DNA from: an uncultured Gammaproteobacteria bacterium
Lineage (GTDB): Bacteria > Pseudomonadota > Gammaproteobacteria > SZUA-229
Direction of reading: 5' to 3'
Length of the DNA: 47,690 nt
Assembly: GCA_965368115.1 (NCBI GenBank)
Contig: CBDULQ010000001.1
Span: 1 to 47,690, forward strand
Made by a program: the position numbers and the translations under genes
Part shown: positions 18,106-26,580 of the stretch, one piece after another
How positions within the stretch are numbered: position 1 is the first letter of the stretch
Layout of the letters: each line of letters begins with the position of its first letter
The notes under the pieces: model-generated
Database searches by the model: none
What the model was told of the DNA's origin: nothing
What the model saw: only the letters and a program-made list of their open reading frames with translations

Positions 18106-18410
18106 GGTGTTTACCCTGGTTGACGGACAGGTTCAGTCACTATTACGGATGGGCAATCCCTGACTCTCATCGCATGCGATAGCGTATAAATTGACTATAG
18201 GTGATGGCTGATCGATAGTGGCCATCGCCGGAACCCAATGTCTGTTATCCGCTGCCCGTCTCCGCTATTTCGAGACATAGCGACAGTACCCAATATAAAT
18301 AGTGTTCTAGTGGGTATTTAGACGTTGGTCCGAAATTAGTCAATAATTAACGAAGCGTATTTATTTTCATGCTTGAACACTCTTCCATAACCTTTTGAAA
18401 ATTCACCATA

Positions 18411-18875
18411 ATGTTTCATATCGCCCTGTATCAACCGGAAATACCACCCAACACCGGCAATATCATTCGGCTGTGCGCCAATACCGGTTGCCAGCTACAT
18501 TTGATCGAGCCGCTGGGTTTCGAACTTGAGGATAAAAAACTGCGTCGAGCGGGGCTGGATTATCGTGAGTTCGCCGAGCTGAAAACCCATGCGGATTACC
18601 CGGCATTCAGGGCCGAACTGGGTGAAGCGCGGGTCTTCGCCATTTCCACCAAAGGACCGCATCACTACCATAAGGCCGTATTCAAACCCGGCGATGTGCT
18701 GCTGTTCGGTCCGGAAACCCGGGGACTGCCCGATGAAGTACTGAACAGTCTGCCGGCGCAACAGGTCCTGCGCATTCCGATGCGCGCGGACAGCCGCAGT
18801 ATGAACCTGTCCAATGCAGCGGCGGTGATGGTGTATGAGGCCTGGCGCCAGCAGGGATTCGACGGCGCGGTGTAG
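18411..18875 (+). CDS. trmL: tRNA (cytidine/uridine-2'-O)-methyltransferase TrmL
   Basis: 154 aa. '[26 protein letters not shown]' and the SPOUT C-terminal motif '[27 protein letters not shown]'. Confidence 0.9.
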   Translation: MFHIALYQPEIPPNTGNIIRLCANTGCQLHLIEPLGFELEDKKLRRAGLDYREFAELKTHADYPAFRAELGEARVFAISTKGPHHYHKAVFKPGDVLLFGPETRGLPDEVLNSLPAQQVLRIPMRADSRSMNLSNAAAVMVYEAWRQQGFDGAV

Positions 18876-18885
18876 GGTGAGGTGT

Positions 18886-19890
18886 TTACTCAGCGCGGGC
18901 TTCGCGGGCGAGCAGGGCATGCACCGCGTCTTTCGGCGACCGACCTTCGTAAAGCACCTGATAAGTCTGTTCGATAATGGGCAGTTCGACCTGATATTTA
19001 CGCCCCAGACCCACCGCTTCGCGGGCGGTTTTAACGCCTTCCACCGCCTGACCGATCTCGTCCCGGGCCTGTTGCTCGGATTTGCCTTCCGCCAGTTTCA
19101 GGCCCATGCGTCGATTACGCGACTGGTTGTCGGTACAGGTCAGCACCAGGTCACCGAGGCCGGCCAGACCCATGAAGGTTTCCACCTGGGCGCCCATCGC
19201 CTGACCCAGGCGCATGATTTCCACCAGCCCGCGGGTAATCAGCGCGGCACGGGTATTGGCGCCGAAACCCAGGCCATCGGCAATACCGGCGGCAATGGCC
19301 AGTACGTTCTTCAACGAACCGCCCAGTTCGACGCCAATCATGTCGTCGCTGGTATAGGCACGGAAATTCCCGTGATGCAGAAATCCCGCCACTTCCTCGG
19401 CAATCGCCCTCGAACTGGAGGCCACGGTGATGGCCGTCGGCAGATCCTGGGCCACTTCCCTGGCGAACGTGGGCCCGGAGGCTACGGCAAAGGATTTACA
19501 CTGCGGCAGTTCCTCGCCAATCACCTGGTGCATGAGTTTGCCGGTGCCTTCTTCCAGACCCTTGGTGGCCCAGACGAAATGATGATCCGCCCGAATCAGG
19601 TCACGTGCACCGCGGATGAAGCCGCGCACTGCATGGCTGGGAATGACCAGCAGCAGGGTTTCCGCCTGTTCGATGGTCGACTGGAGGTCGGCCTTCAACT
19701 GCAGAGTCTGTGGAAAGGGGATATCCGGAAGATAGAAGGGATTGCAGCGCTGCTCCTGCATCGCCGCCACGTGCTCGGGATTGATATCCCACAGCACCAC
19801 CTCCGGGTAAGCGCGGGCGATCTGGATCGCCAGCGCAGTACCCCAGGAGCCGGCGCCGAGTACGGCGATGCGTCGCGGTGCCGAACTCAT
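18886..19890 (-). CDS. gpsA: NAD(P)H-dependent glycerol-3-phosphate dehydrogenase
   Basis: 334 aa. 'IAVLGAGSWGTALA' Rossmann motif. Conserved secB-gpsA linkage. Confidence 0.93.
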   Translation of the reverse strand: MSSAPRRIAVLGAGSWGTALAIQIARAYPEVVLWDINPEHVAAMQEQRCNPFYLPDIPFPQTLQLKADLQSTIEQAETLLLVIPSHAVRGFIRGARDLIRADHHFVWATKGLEEGTGKLMHQVIGEELPQCKSFAVASGPTFAREVAQDLPTAITVASSSRAIAEEVAGFLHHGNFRAYTSDDMIGVELGGSLKNVLAIAAGIADGLGFGANTRAALITRGLVEIMRLGQAMGAQVETFMGLAGLGDLVLTCTDNQSRNRRMGLKLAEGKSEQQARDEIGQAVEGVKTAREAVGLGRKYQVELPIIEQTYQVLYEGRSPKDAVHALLAREARAE

Positions 19891-20351
19891 CAGTGAGAGG
19901 GCTGAGCCTGTTGCGCCGCCTGCTGCTGATGCTGCATGTACAGGGCGTTGAAATTAACCGGCGCCAGAATCAGTTGCGGGAAACCGCCCTTGGCGACCAG
20001 GTCAGCGATGGCCTCACGGGCGAAGGGGAACAGCACTTCCGGGCAATAGGCGCCCATCATGCCTTTCATCTGTTCTTCTTCGAAACCGGCCATCTGGAAT
20101 ACGCCCGCCTGTTTCACTTCAACCAGGAATGCGGTGTTTTCACCCTGTTTGGCGGTCACCGTAACCGACAGGACCACTTCGTGTACGCCTTCGCTGAGCG
20201 TCTTGCCTTCGGTGTTCAGCTGCACATTGACTTCCGGCTGCCAGTCGCCCTGTTGAAACACGCCCGGTGAATTAGGTGATTCGAAAGATGCATCCTTGAG
20301 ATAAAGTTTCTGAATCGCAAACTGTTGCTGATTATTCTGTTGATCGCTCAT
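19890..20351 (-). CDS. secB: Protein-export chaperone SecB
   Basis: 153 aa. '[19 protein letters not shown]', acidic/Gln-rich tail. Its stop overlaps the gpsA start. Confidence 0.92.
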   Translation of the reverse strand: MSDQQNNQQQFAIQKLYLKDASFESPNSPGVFQQGDWQPEVNVQLNTEGKTLSEGVHEVVLSVTVTAKQGENTAFLVEVKQAGVFQMAGFEEEQMKGMMGAYCPEVLFPFAREAIADLVAKGGFPQLILAPVNFNALYMQHQQQAAQQAQPSH

Positions 20352-20523
20352 TGTTCAAAACCCTGAATATTCGTTGTGGCGCCCGTGCCATCGCGATTTC
20401 GGCCAGGCGAGAAAGGCCGCAGAATACCACTAAAGTGGCCTGGCTGCGAATCCGGCAGGGGGTGTGGTCAGGCACCTGCGAACCGGGGTTGCCGACTATA
20501 AACCATGCAGGTGACAGAGCGGT

Positions 20524-20796
20524 TTAAGCGGGAGACTCGCCGTTGAGCAGCGGATCCAGTTCGCCTTTCCGCTCCAGCGCCGACAGGTCATCGAATCCGC
20601 CGACGTGGTACTCGCCGATGAAAATCTGCGGCACCGTGTTGCGGCCGCTACGATCTTCCATTTCACCGCGCAACAGGTCGTCACCGGTAATATCGATCAG
20701 CGTATAGCGGGCACCCTTACCGTCGAGCAGCTGTTTGGCCCAACCGCAATAGGGGCAGAACGGCATATGGTAGATGGTGATGTCGGGCTGCGCCAT
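20524..20796 (-). CDS. grxC: Glutaredoxin 3
   Basis: 90 aa. 'CPYC' active site, 'TVPQIFI' and 'GGFDDL' motifs. Confidence 0.9.
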   Translation of the reverse strand: MAQPDITIYHMPFCPYCGWAKQLLDGKGARYTLIDITGDDLLRGEMEDRSGRNTVPQIFIGEYHVGGFDDLSALERKGELDPLLNGESPA

Positions 20797-20801
20797 GACG
20801 G

Positions 20802-21224
20802 TTATTTCTTGGTGGTCGGCAGATTGGCATTGGCCCAGGCCATGATGCCACCAGCCAGGTTGAAGACGTTTTCGAAGCCAGCTTTCTTGAGACGTTTGCA
20901 GGCGTAGTTGGAGCGGCTGCCCGAACGGCAGTAAGCCAGAATCTTGCGATTACGGTATTTTTCCAGTTCGCTCATGCGCCCGTTGAGCTGGGCCATGGGA
21001 ATGTGCAGGGCATTTTTCAGATGGCCGCCACCGTATTCCTGGCTTTCGCGCACATCCAGCACCAGCACATCGTCATCCATCATTCTCACCGCGTCGGCGG
21101 GGCCCACCTGGGCGATGCCGCTGAGTCGGCTTTCCAGTTCGGTTTTGATGATGAGGGCGGTGACCAGTAAAAAGCCACCCAGCAGCCAGGGATGGTTGCC
21201 TGCGAATTCGATCAGTTGCGACAT
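20802..21224 (-). CDS. Membrane-anchored rhodanese-domain sulfurtransferase (YibN-like)
   Basis: 140 aa. N-terminal TM 'WLLGGFLLVTALII', active-site loop 'CRSGSRS'. Synteny with grxC-secB-gpsA as for E. coli yibN. Confidence 0.85.
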   Translation of the reverse strand: MSQLIEFAGNHPWLLGGFLLVTALIIKTELESRLSGIAQVGPADAVRMMDDDVLVLDVRESQEYGGGHLKNALHIPMAQLNGRMSELEKYRNRKILAYCRSGSRSNYACKRLKKAGFENVFNLAGGIMAWANANLPTTKK

Positions 21225-21257
21225 GAAGTTCTAGCCTGAAAAAAGAATGAAACCCAC

Positions 21258-21279
21258 CCAGCACCCGAGCAGGTGCTGG
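21258..21279 (-). terminator. Hairpin between the ArsR-family gene and the rhodanese gene (possible attenuator or terminator)
   Basis: CCAGCACC-cgagca-GGTGCTGG, an 8-bp stem. On the minus strand the T-run is displaced ~10 nt, so this is not a textbook terminator. Confidence 0.35.
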
Positions 21280-21300
21280 TTTGAGGATCAACACAATATT

Positions 21301-21636
21301 TTACTGGTCGTCCGGCCCGCGTTGCGAGCAGAAAACTTCCTGCATCATGCCGATCAAACGCAAGGTGCGGGCATCGCCCACCCGGTAATAAACCCGGTTT
21401 GCATCTTTGCGCGAGGCAAGTATACCCTTGTCACGTAAAATCGCCAGATGTTGTGAAATATTGCTTTGAGATGTACCCACGCTGTCAACTATATCCTGAA
21501 CGCTGACTTCCTGGTCTTTTAAGGTACAGAGTATTTTAAGACGCAGAGGATGAGACATAGCCTTTAAGGAGCGAGATGCACGGTCTATATCTTCTTCTCT
21601 GGTCATAAGATGGGTTTCTTCTGCATTCATGACCAT
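21301..21636 (-). CDS. ArsR/SmtB-family transcriptional regulator, SqrR/BigR/YgaV-like two-Cys type
   Basis: 111 aa. 'LKAMSHPLRLKILCTL' plus wHTH 'VSVQDIVDSVGTSQSNISQHLAILRDKGIL'. Cys37 and Cys103. The start could be a downstream Met. Confidence 0.85.
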   Translation of the reverse strand: MVMNAEETHLMTREEDIDRASRSLKAMSHPLRLKILCTLKDQEVSVQDIVDSVGTSQSNISQHLAILRDKGILASRKDANRVYYRVGDARTLRLIGMMQEVFCSQRGPDDQ

Positions 21637-21792
21637 GAGCTGACCTTCTTGTAAGAATGGTTAAGCATTTAATATTAGTAAACTGGTATAAAATAATACA
21701 TAGTTTTTTTCGTTTTTATGCAAAAAAACGGATGAAATCGCATAAAATCGACCTCGACCTCCGGCAAACGACATGATATCAATCGAGCACGC

Positions 21793-22971
21793 ATGAACCT
21801 TCGCCTGATAAGTCTTATTCTCCTCATCCCGCTGTGCATGCCGGCAGCTCGGGCGGATAGCGATTCCGCCACCGATTATCAGCTAAAACTGGACAATATA
21901 CGAGAAAAAATCACCCAGGTGCTGAACAGCCTCAACAAGGATGAAAGCAAACGCAGCAACGTGCGGGAAGAATTGCAGAAACTGGAGCGAAAAATCGCGA
22001 AAGTTGCAAAATCACTGCGTTCTACGCAGCGAAAACACAAAAAATCCGCACAAAAACTGGCGCAATTACAGGATCAGCTGAAGCAGCTGCGCAGGGATCT
22101 GAAGCAACAACGCCGACTGCTGGCCCGGCAGATCCGCTCCGCCTACGCCATGGGTCAGCAGGCACCACTTAAAATGGTGCTCAATCAGCAGGACCCGGCA
22201 CAGATGGGTCGAACCATGGTGTATTACGATATTCTCAGCCGCGAGCGTAGCCAGGAAATCGGCGACTACCTGCGCAGTATTCAGCGCAAGCAGCAACTGG
22301 AAGCCGGCATCGCCAGCACCACGGCCGAACTGAAGCAGCTGGTGGAACGCCGGCTGGCGGAGAAACAGGAACTGAGCCGGGCGCGCGGTAATCGCAAACA
22401 CCTGCTGGCCCGACTGGACCGCAGCATCGAATCCCAGCAAACCACCCTCAAGGACCTGGAGTCCAGCCGCAGTCGGATCGAGCAATTGTTGATGTCGCTG
22501 GGTGAACTACTGGCGGACATCCCCAGTGAAACGGTCGCCCAGCAACCGTTTTCCAAACTCAAGGGCAAACTCCCCTGGCCAGTCAGCGGTAAAATCAGCG
22601 CCAGTTTCGGAACATCACGACATCAGGGTGATCTGAAATGGAACGGCGTGGTCATCGACAGCAAGTACGGCACACCGGTCAGGGCAGTCGCCAACGGTCG
22701 TGTGGCCTTTGCCGACTGGCTGCAGGGTTACGGCTTTATCACCATCATCGATCATGACGACGGCTATATGTCCCTCTACGGTCACAATCAGGCACTCTAC
22801 AAACAGGCCGGCGACTGGGTCGAGGCCAGTGAAGTCATCGCCACCGTGGGTGATAGTGGCGGGCAAAGCGACAGTGGCTTATATTTCGAAATACGTTATC
22901 AGGGCAAGCCGGTGAACCCGGGACGCTGGTGTTCCAGGAGCGTTCACCATCTGGCATTGAAGGACGAGTGA
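21793..22971 (+). CDS. envC: Murein hydrolase activator EnvC-like (coiled-coil plus LytM/M23 domain)
   Basis: 392 aa. Signal peptide, long coiled-coil (repeated Q/L/K/R heptads), C-terminal LytM domain 'GVVIDSKYGTPVRAVANGRVAFADWLQGYG...YGHN'. Confidence 0.8.
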   Translation: MNLRLISLILLIPLCMPAARADSDSATDYQLKLDNIREKITQVLNSLNKDESKRSNVREELQKLERKIAKVAKSLRSTQRKHKKSAQKLAQLQDQLKQLRRDLKQQRRLLARQIRSAYAMGQQAPLKMVLNQQDPAQMGRTMVYYDILSRERSQEIGDYLRSIQRKQQLEAGIASTTAELKQLVERRLAEKQELSRARGNRKHLLARLDRSIESQQTTLKDLESSRSRIEQLLMSLGELLADIPSETVAQQPFSKLKGKLPWPVSGKISASFGTSRHQGDLKWNGVVIDSKYGTPVRAVANGRVAFADWLQGYGFITIIDHDDGYMSLYGHNQALYKQAGDWVEASEVIATVGDSGGQSDSGLYFEIRYQGKPVNPGRWCSRSVHHLALKDE

Positions 22972-23064
22972 TGGCGCTATCGCTCGATATTTTTTCACAC
23001 TAGGTTTTAATCACCAATTCCCGTTATCGTACGCATAGAGCAGCGATACGGGTGGAGCTATTGA

Positions 23065-24381
23065 ATGAAATTTCCATCAGGTTCGATCGCAGCACTCACC
23101 CTGACCATCAGTCTTGGCCTGGGCCTCGCCCTGGTCAATCCGGTACAGGGGCTGGAAGAGTCACCGCAGAAAGACGGCCTGCCGCTGCAGGAACTGCGTA
23201 ATTTTTCCGATATTTTTGCGCGTATCAAAACCGATTACGTCGAAGACACGGATGACAAGGCCCTGCTGGAAAGTGCCATTCGCGGCATGCTGTCCGGACT
23301 CGACCCGCACTCGGCCTATCTCGATCCTGAGGAATACAATGAACTGAAAATCGGTACCTCCGGGGAGTTCGGCGGTCTCGGTATTCAGGTCGGTATGGAA
23401 GACGGTTTCGTTAAGGTCATCGCCCCCATCGATGATACCCCCGCATACAAAGCCGGTCTGAAAGCAGGCGACCTGATCATTCGACTCGACGAACAACCGG
23501 TGAAAGGTATGTCGCTAAACGATGCGGTGAACATCATGCGTGGCAAACCCGGCAGTCATATTAAATTAACGGTGGTGCGTGAAGGTGAAAACAATCCGCT
23601 CAACTTCGATATCGAACGCGCCATCATTCGGGTTAAAAGCGTCAAGGCACGCCTGCTCGACAAAGACTACGGCTATGTGCGCATTTCCACCTTCCAGTCG
23701 CAGACTTCGGATCACCTCAGCGATGCCATCCGCGACCTGGTCAAGGAAAACAAGGGAGACCTGAAAGGCCTGGTGCTGGATCTGCGTAACAACCCCGGCG
23801 GCGTCCTCAATGCGGCCGCGGAAGTCTCCGACCTGTTTCTCGACAAGGGCCTGATCGTGTATACCCAGGGCCGGGTTAAAAATGCCGACTCCAAATTCAG
23901 CGCCCAGGCCGGCGATATTCTGCATGGCGTGCCCATGGCGGTGCTGATCAATGGCGGTTCCGCATCCGCATCGGAAATCGTTGCCGGCGCTTTGCAGGAT
24001 CACCGCCGCGCGGTGGTCATGGGCGCCAAATCCTTCGGTAAGGGTTCCGTACAAACCATTCAGGAATTACCCAACGGCGGCGCGGTCAAGCTGACCACAG
24101 CCCGTTATTTCACACCGTCCGGTCGTTCCATTCAGGCCGAAGGCATCGAACCGGATATCAAACTGGAAAACGTCACACTAACCGCTGTCAAGGACAACGG
24201 CTTCAAGGCGGTGAAAGAGGCGGATCTCGCCGGGCACCTTGAAAACCCGGTCAACGGCGAACCGGTCGACAACAAAGCCGAAGCCGATCAGGGCCTGGCA
24301 ACATCAAAAGACTATCAGATCAACGAAGCACTGAATCTGCTCAAGGGCCTGAACATTTTTCAACGGGCCAATAAAACCTGA
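23065..24381 (+). CDS. ctpA: Carboxy-terminal processing protease (S41 family)
   Basis: 438 aa. Signal peptide, PDZ 'GGLGIQV...AGLKAGDLIIRLD', catalytic 'GGSASASEIVAGALQD' and 'GKGSVQT'. Confidence 0.9.
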   Translation: MKFPSGSIAALTLTISLGLGLALVNPVQGLEESPQKDGLPLQELRNFSDIFARIKTDYVEDTDDKALLESAIRGMLSGLDPHSAYLDPEEYNELKIGTSGEFGGLGIQVGMEDGFVKVIAPIDDTPAYKAGLKAGDLIIRLDEQPVKGMSLNDAVNIMRGKPGSHIKLTVVREGENNPLNFDIERAIIRVKSVKARLLDKDYGYVRISTFQSQTSDHLSDAIRDLVKENKGDLKGLVLDLRNNPGGVLNAAAEVSDLFLDKGLIVYTQGRVKNADSKFSAQAGDILHGVPMAVLINGGSASASEIVAGALQDHRRAVVMGAKSFGKGSVQTIQELPNGGAVKLTTARYFTPSGRSIQAEGIEPDIKLENVTLTAVKDNGFKAVKEADLAGHLENPVNGEPVDNKAEADQGLATSKDYQINEALNLLKGLNIFQRANKT

Positions 24382-24392
24382 CAGGTGACACT

Positions 24393-24941
24393 ATGGCTAA
24401 AGTACTCGTACCCCTGGCTCAGGGCTGTGAAGAGCTGGAAGCAATCACCATTACCGATCTTCTGGTCCGCGCCGGCAACCAGGTCATTACGGCCGGGCTG
24501 GACGACCAGCCGGTAACCGCCTCGCGCGGCGCTCGGCTGTTACCCAATACCACCATCGATCAGGTCGCGAATGAACAGTTTGATCTGGTGGTGTTGCCGG
24601 GGGGCTTACCCGGCGCCGATCATTTGCGCGACAATGCCACGGTACAGAAGATTCTGCAGCAGCATGCGGCTCAGGATAAATATGTTGCCGCTATTTGTGC
24701 CGCACCGCGCGCACTGGCTCAGGCCGGCCTGCTGGAAGGCAAAACCGCAACCAGCTTTCCCGGCGCGCTGAACGATTTCGAACTCCCGTCTACACAGATT
24801 AAAGACAGCGCCATCGAAGTGGACGGTAAAATCGTCACCTCGCGCGGACCGGGCACTGCAATGGATTTTGCCCTGACCCTGATCGAACTACTGCAGGGTG
24901 CGGACAAACGTGAAGAGGTCAACCGGCAGCTGGTGCGTTAA
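24393..24941 (+). CDS. yajL: DJ-1/PfpI family protein (YajL-like deglycase/chaperone)
   Basis: 182 aa. 'VLVPLAQGCEELEAITITDLLVRAG', nucleophile elbow 'AAICAAP'. Confidence 0.82.
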   Translation: MAKVLVPLAQGCEELEAITITDLLVRAGNQVITAGLDDQPVTASRGARLLPNTTIDQVANEQFDLVVLPGGLPGADHLRDNATVQKILQQHAAQDKYVAAICAAPRALAQAGLLEGKTATSFPGALNDFELPSTQIKDSAIEVDGKIVTSRGPGTAMDFALTLIELLQGADKREEVNRQLVR

Positions 24942-24950
24942 ACAGACGCC

Positions 24951-25733
24951 ATGGAACGATTCAAATACATCGTTCAGTCACTACTGCTGTTAATGGTGTG
25001 TAGTTCCGCGAACGCCGCGGACCTGGAGCGCGAACAGCGCCTGAAGAACCAGATCATCGATTACATCCTGGATGGTGATCCGGTCATGCTGACGGCCGAC
25101 CAGCATGAATTTCTGAGTATTTATCAGCCGGCGGACGATGCGGATTCAACATTCGGTATGGTCCTCATGCACGGTCGCGGTTTTCATCCCAACTGGCCGG
25201 AAGTGATCTATCCCCTGCGCACCAGGCTACCTGCGGATGGCTGGCACACCCTGTCCATCCAGATGCCGGTTCTCGATAATCAGGCCACCTTTTATGACTA
25301 CCTGGACATCATTCCGCAAGCTTTCCCGCGCATTCAGGCCGCCATCGATTATCTCGTCGCACAGGGTGTGAACCGCATCGTATTGCTGGCGCATTCCTGC
25401 AGTGTACACATGAGTGTGGCCTGGCTGGCACAACGCGGCGATCCGCATGTAATCGGTTTTATCGGCGTTGGCATGGGCTCCACCGACAAGGGTCAGCCGC
25501 TACCCGAGCCGCTACCGCTGGACAAGCTGAATGTGCCGGTTCTCGATGTGCGCGGTGAACACGATTATCCCGCCGTGCACGGTCGCGCCCCGGAACGCTG
25601 GCGCTACCTGCAGAAAGCCGGTCAGGCCGGTTCAAGGCAGCTTGTTGTCGAGGATGCGGACCATTACTTTCGCGATCGCGGAGACGTGCTGCTGAATGTA
25701 GTCGAAGACTGGTTGCGGCAATTCAAACCCTAA
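24951..25733 (+). CDS. Secreted alpha/beta-hydrolase-fold protein (possibly DUF3530 family)
   Basis: 260 aa. Signal peptide 'LLLLMVCSSANA|AD', 'VLMHGRGFHPNWP', 'LLAHSCS'. Family assignment is tentative. Confidence 0.6.
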   Translation: MERFKYIVQSLLLLMVCSSANAADLEREQRLKNQIIDYILDGDPVMLTADQHEFLSIYQPADDADSTFGMVLMHGRGFHPNWPEVIYPLRTRLPADGWHTLSIQMPVLDNQATFYDYLDIIPQAFPRIQAAIDYLVAQGVNRIVLLAHSCSVHMSVAWLAQRGDPHVIGFIGVGMGSTDKGQPLPEPLPLDKLNVPVLDVRGEHDYPAVHGRAPERWRYLQKAGQAGSRQLVVEDADHYFRDRGDVLLNVVEDWLRQFKP

Positions 25734-26311
25734 CCGCCGTGCTGGCGACGCCATTCGAACAGGGCCAGGGTGAGTGCATGGCTCACGTTCATCGAACTGT
25801 TGATGCCGTGCATGGGAATATGTACCGCGGCCTGACAATGTTTCAACATCGCATCATCGATGCCATGTCGCTCCCCTCCCACCAGTAGCGCACAATGTTC
25901 CGGCAGCGATGTCTGATAAAGGTCCGTTGAACGACTGGTAATTTCCACCGCCACAAGCGGCGGCAATCGGCCGCAACTGGCAAGCAGTTCGTCTCGACTC
26001 ATCTCATCGATCTGCAGGTGACTGTCGCTGTTGCGCGCAATGCGGGTGATTTTTTTCATCCGTTCACCGACATTACAATCCACCAGAATCAATCGTCGAC
26101 AACCGGCAGCATCCGCATGACGCAGGACACTACCGATGTTCTCCGGTGTGTGCAGGCCGAAGGCGATGACCAGCGGTGCGGTAACATCCTGTTGTTGCTC
26201 ACGCTTTTCCGACTGGCGCTGATGTAAGGTCTGCGCCGACAACTGGCGGCCTGCTGGTGATTCGTCCGGGTCTGTCATAGAAGGTTCATTTAACTGAAAT
26301 AAAGGCATCAT
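25730..26311 (-). CDS. SpoU/TrmH-family RNA 2'-O-methyltransferase
   Basis: 193 aa. SPOUT motifs 'NIGSVLRHADAAG', 'LLVGGERHGI', 'IPMHGINSSMNVSHALTLALFE'. Confidence 0.8.
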   Translation of the reverse strand: MMPLFQLNEPSMTDPDESPAGRQLSAQTLHQRQSEKREQQQDVTAPLVIAFGLHTPENIGSVLRHADAAGCRRLILVDCNVGERMKKITRIARNSDSHLQIDEMSRDELLASCGRLPPLVAVEITSRSTDLYQTSLPEHCALLVGGERHGIDDAMLKHCQAAVHIPMHGINSSMNVSHALTLALFEWRRQHGG

Positions 26312-26354
26312 TACCGAACCCTAGAGTGACTGCAAATCGCACAGGAGTTCCGCT

Positions 26355-26564
26355 ATGAAATTTTACATCAAAGAGTGGGATGATCAGACCGTTTCACTGA
26401 TGACGTCCATGGGCCACGTACTGGGCTATTTCCCTTCGGTTTATGATGCCCTGCAAACCTGTGAAGCCTGGTATCAGCACAACAAAAAAGAACCGCAACA
26501 CGAAGTGCTGGTGCATAGTCGTGATACCGCGCCGACCGATTTCGATCATCCCGAGGCCGCCTGA
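26355..26564 (+). CDS. Small hypothetical protein
   Basis: 69-aa ORF with a good SD (aggag 7 nt upstream). No recognisable family. Confidence 0.5.
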   Translation: MKFYIKEWDDQTVSLMTSMGHVLGYFPSVYDALQTCEAWYQHNKKEPQHEVLVHSRDTAPTDFDHPEAA

Positions 26565-26580
26565 TAACGACCGGCTTCGG

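Noticed and set aside
18835-19896. 353-aa plus-strand ORF opposite gpsA. Similar long antisense ORFs occur at 41314-42396 (opposite mnmG), 33223-34044 (opposite atpG/atpA), 36769-37533 (opposite atpB), 7836-8675 and 11389-11976.
   Set aside because: These are shadow ORFs on the strand opposite well-recognised conserved genes. Their translations are low-complexity (Arg/Gly/His/Gln-rich) and have no family features. Long antisense ORFs are expected in moderately GC-rich DNA.
20401-20444. Long-range inverted repeat GCCAGGC...GCCTGGC in the 172-nt grxC-secB spacer, as a possible REP element or sRNA.
   Set aside because: It is a single 7-bp stem enclosing 29 nt. No second copy occurs elsewhere in the window, and there are no promoter or terminator features.
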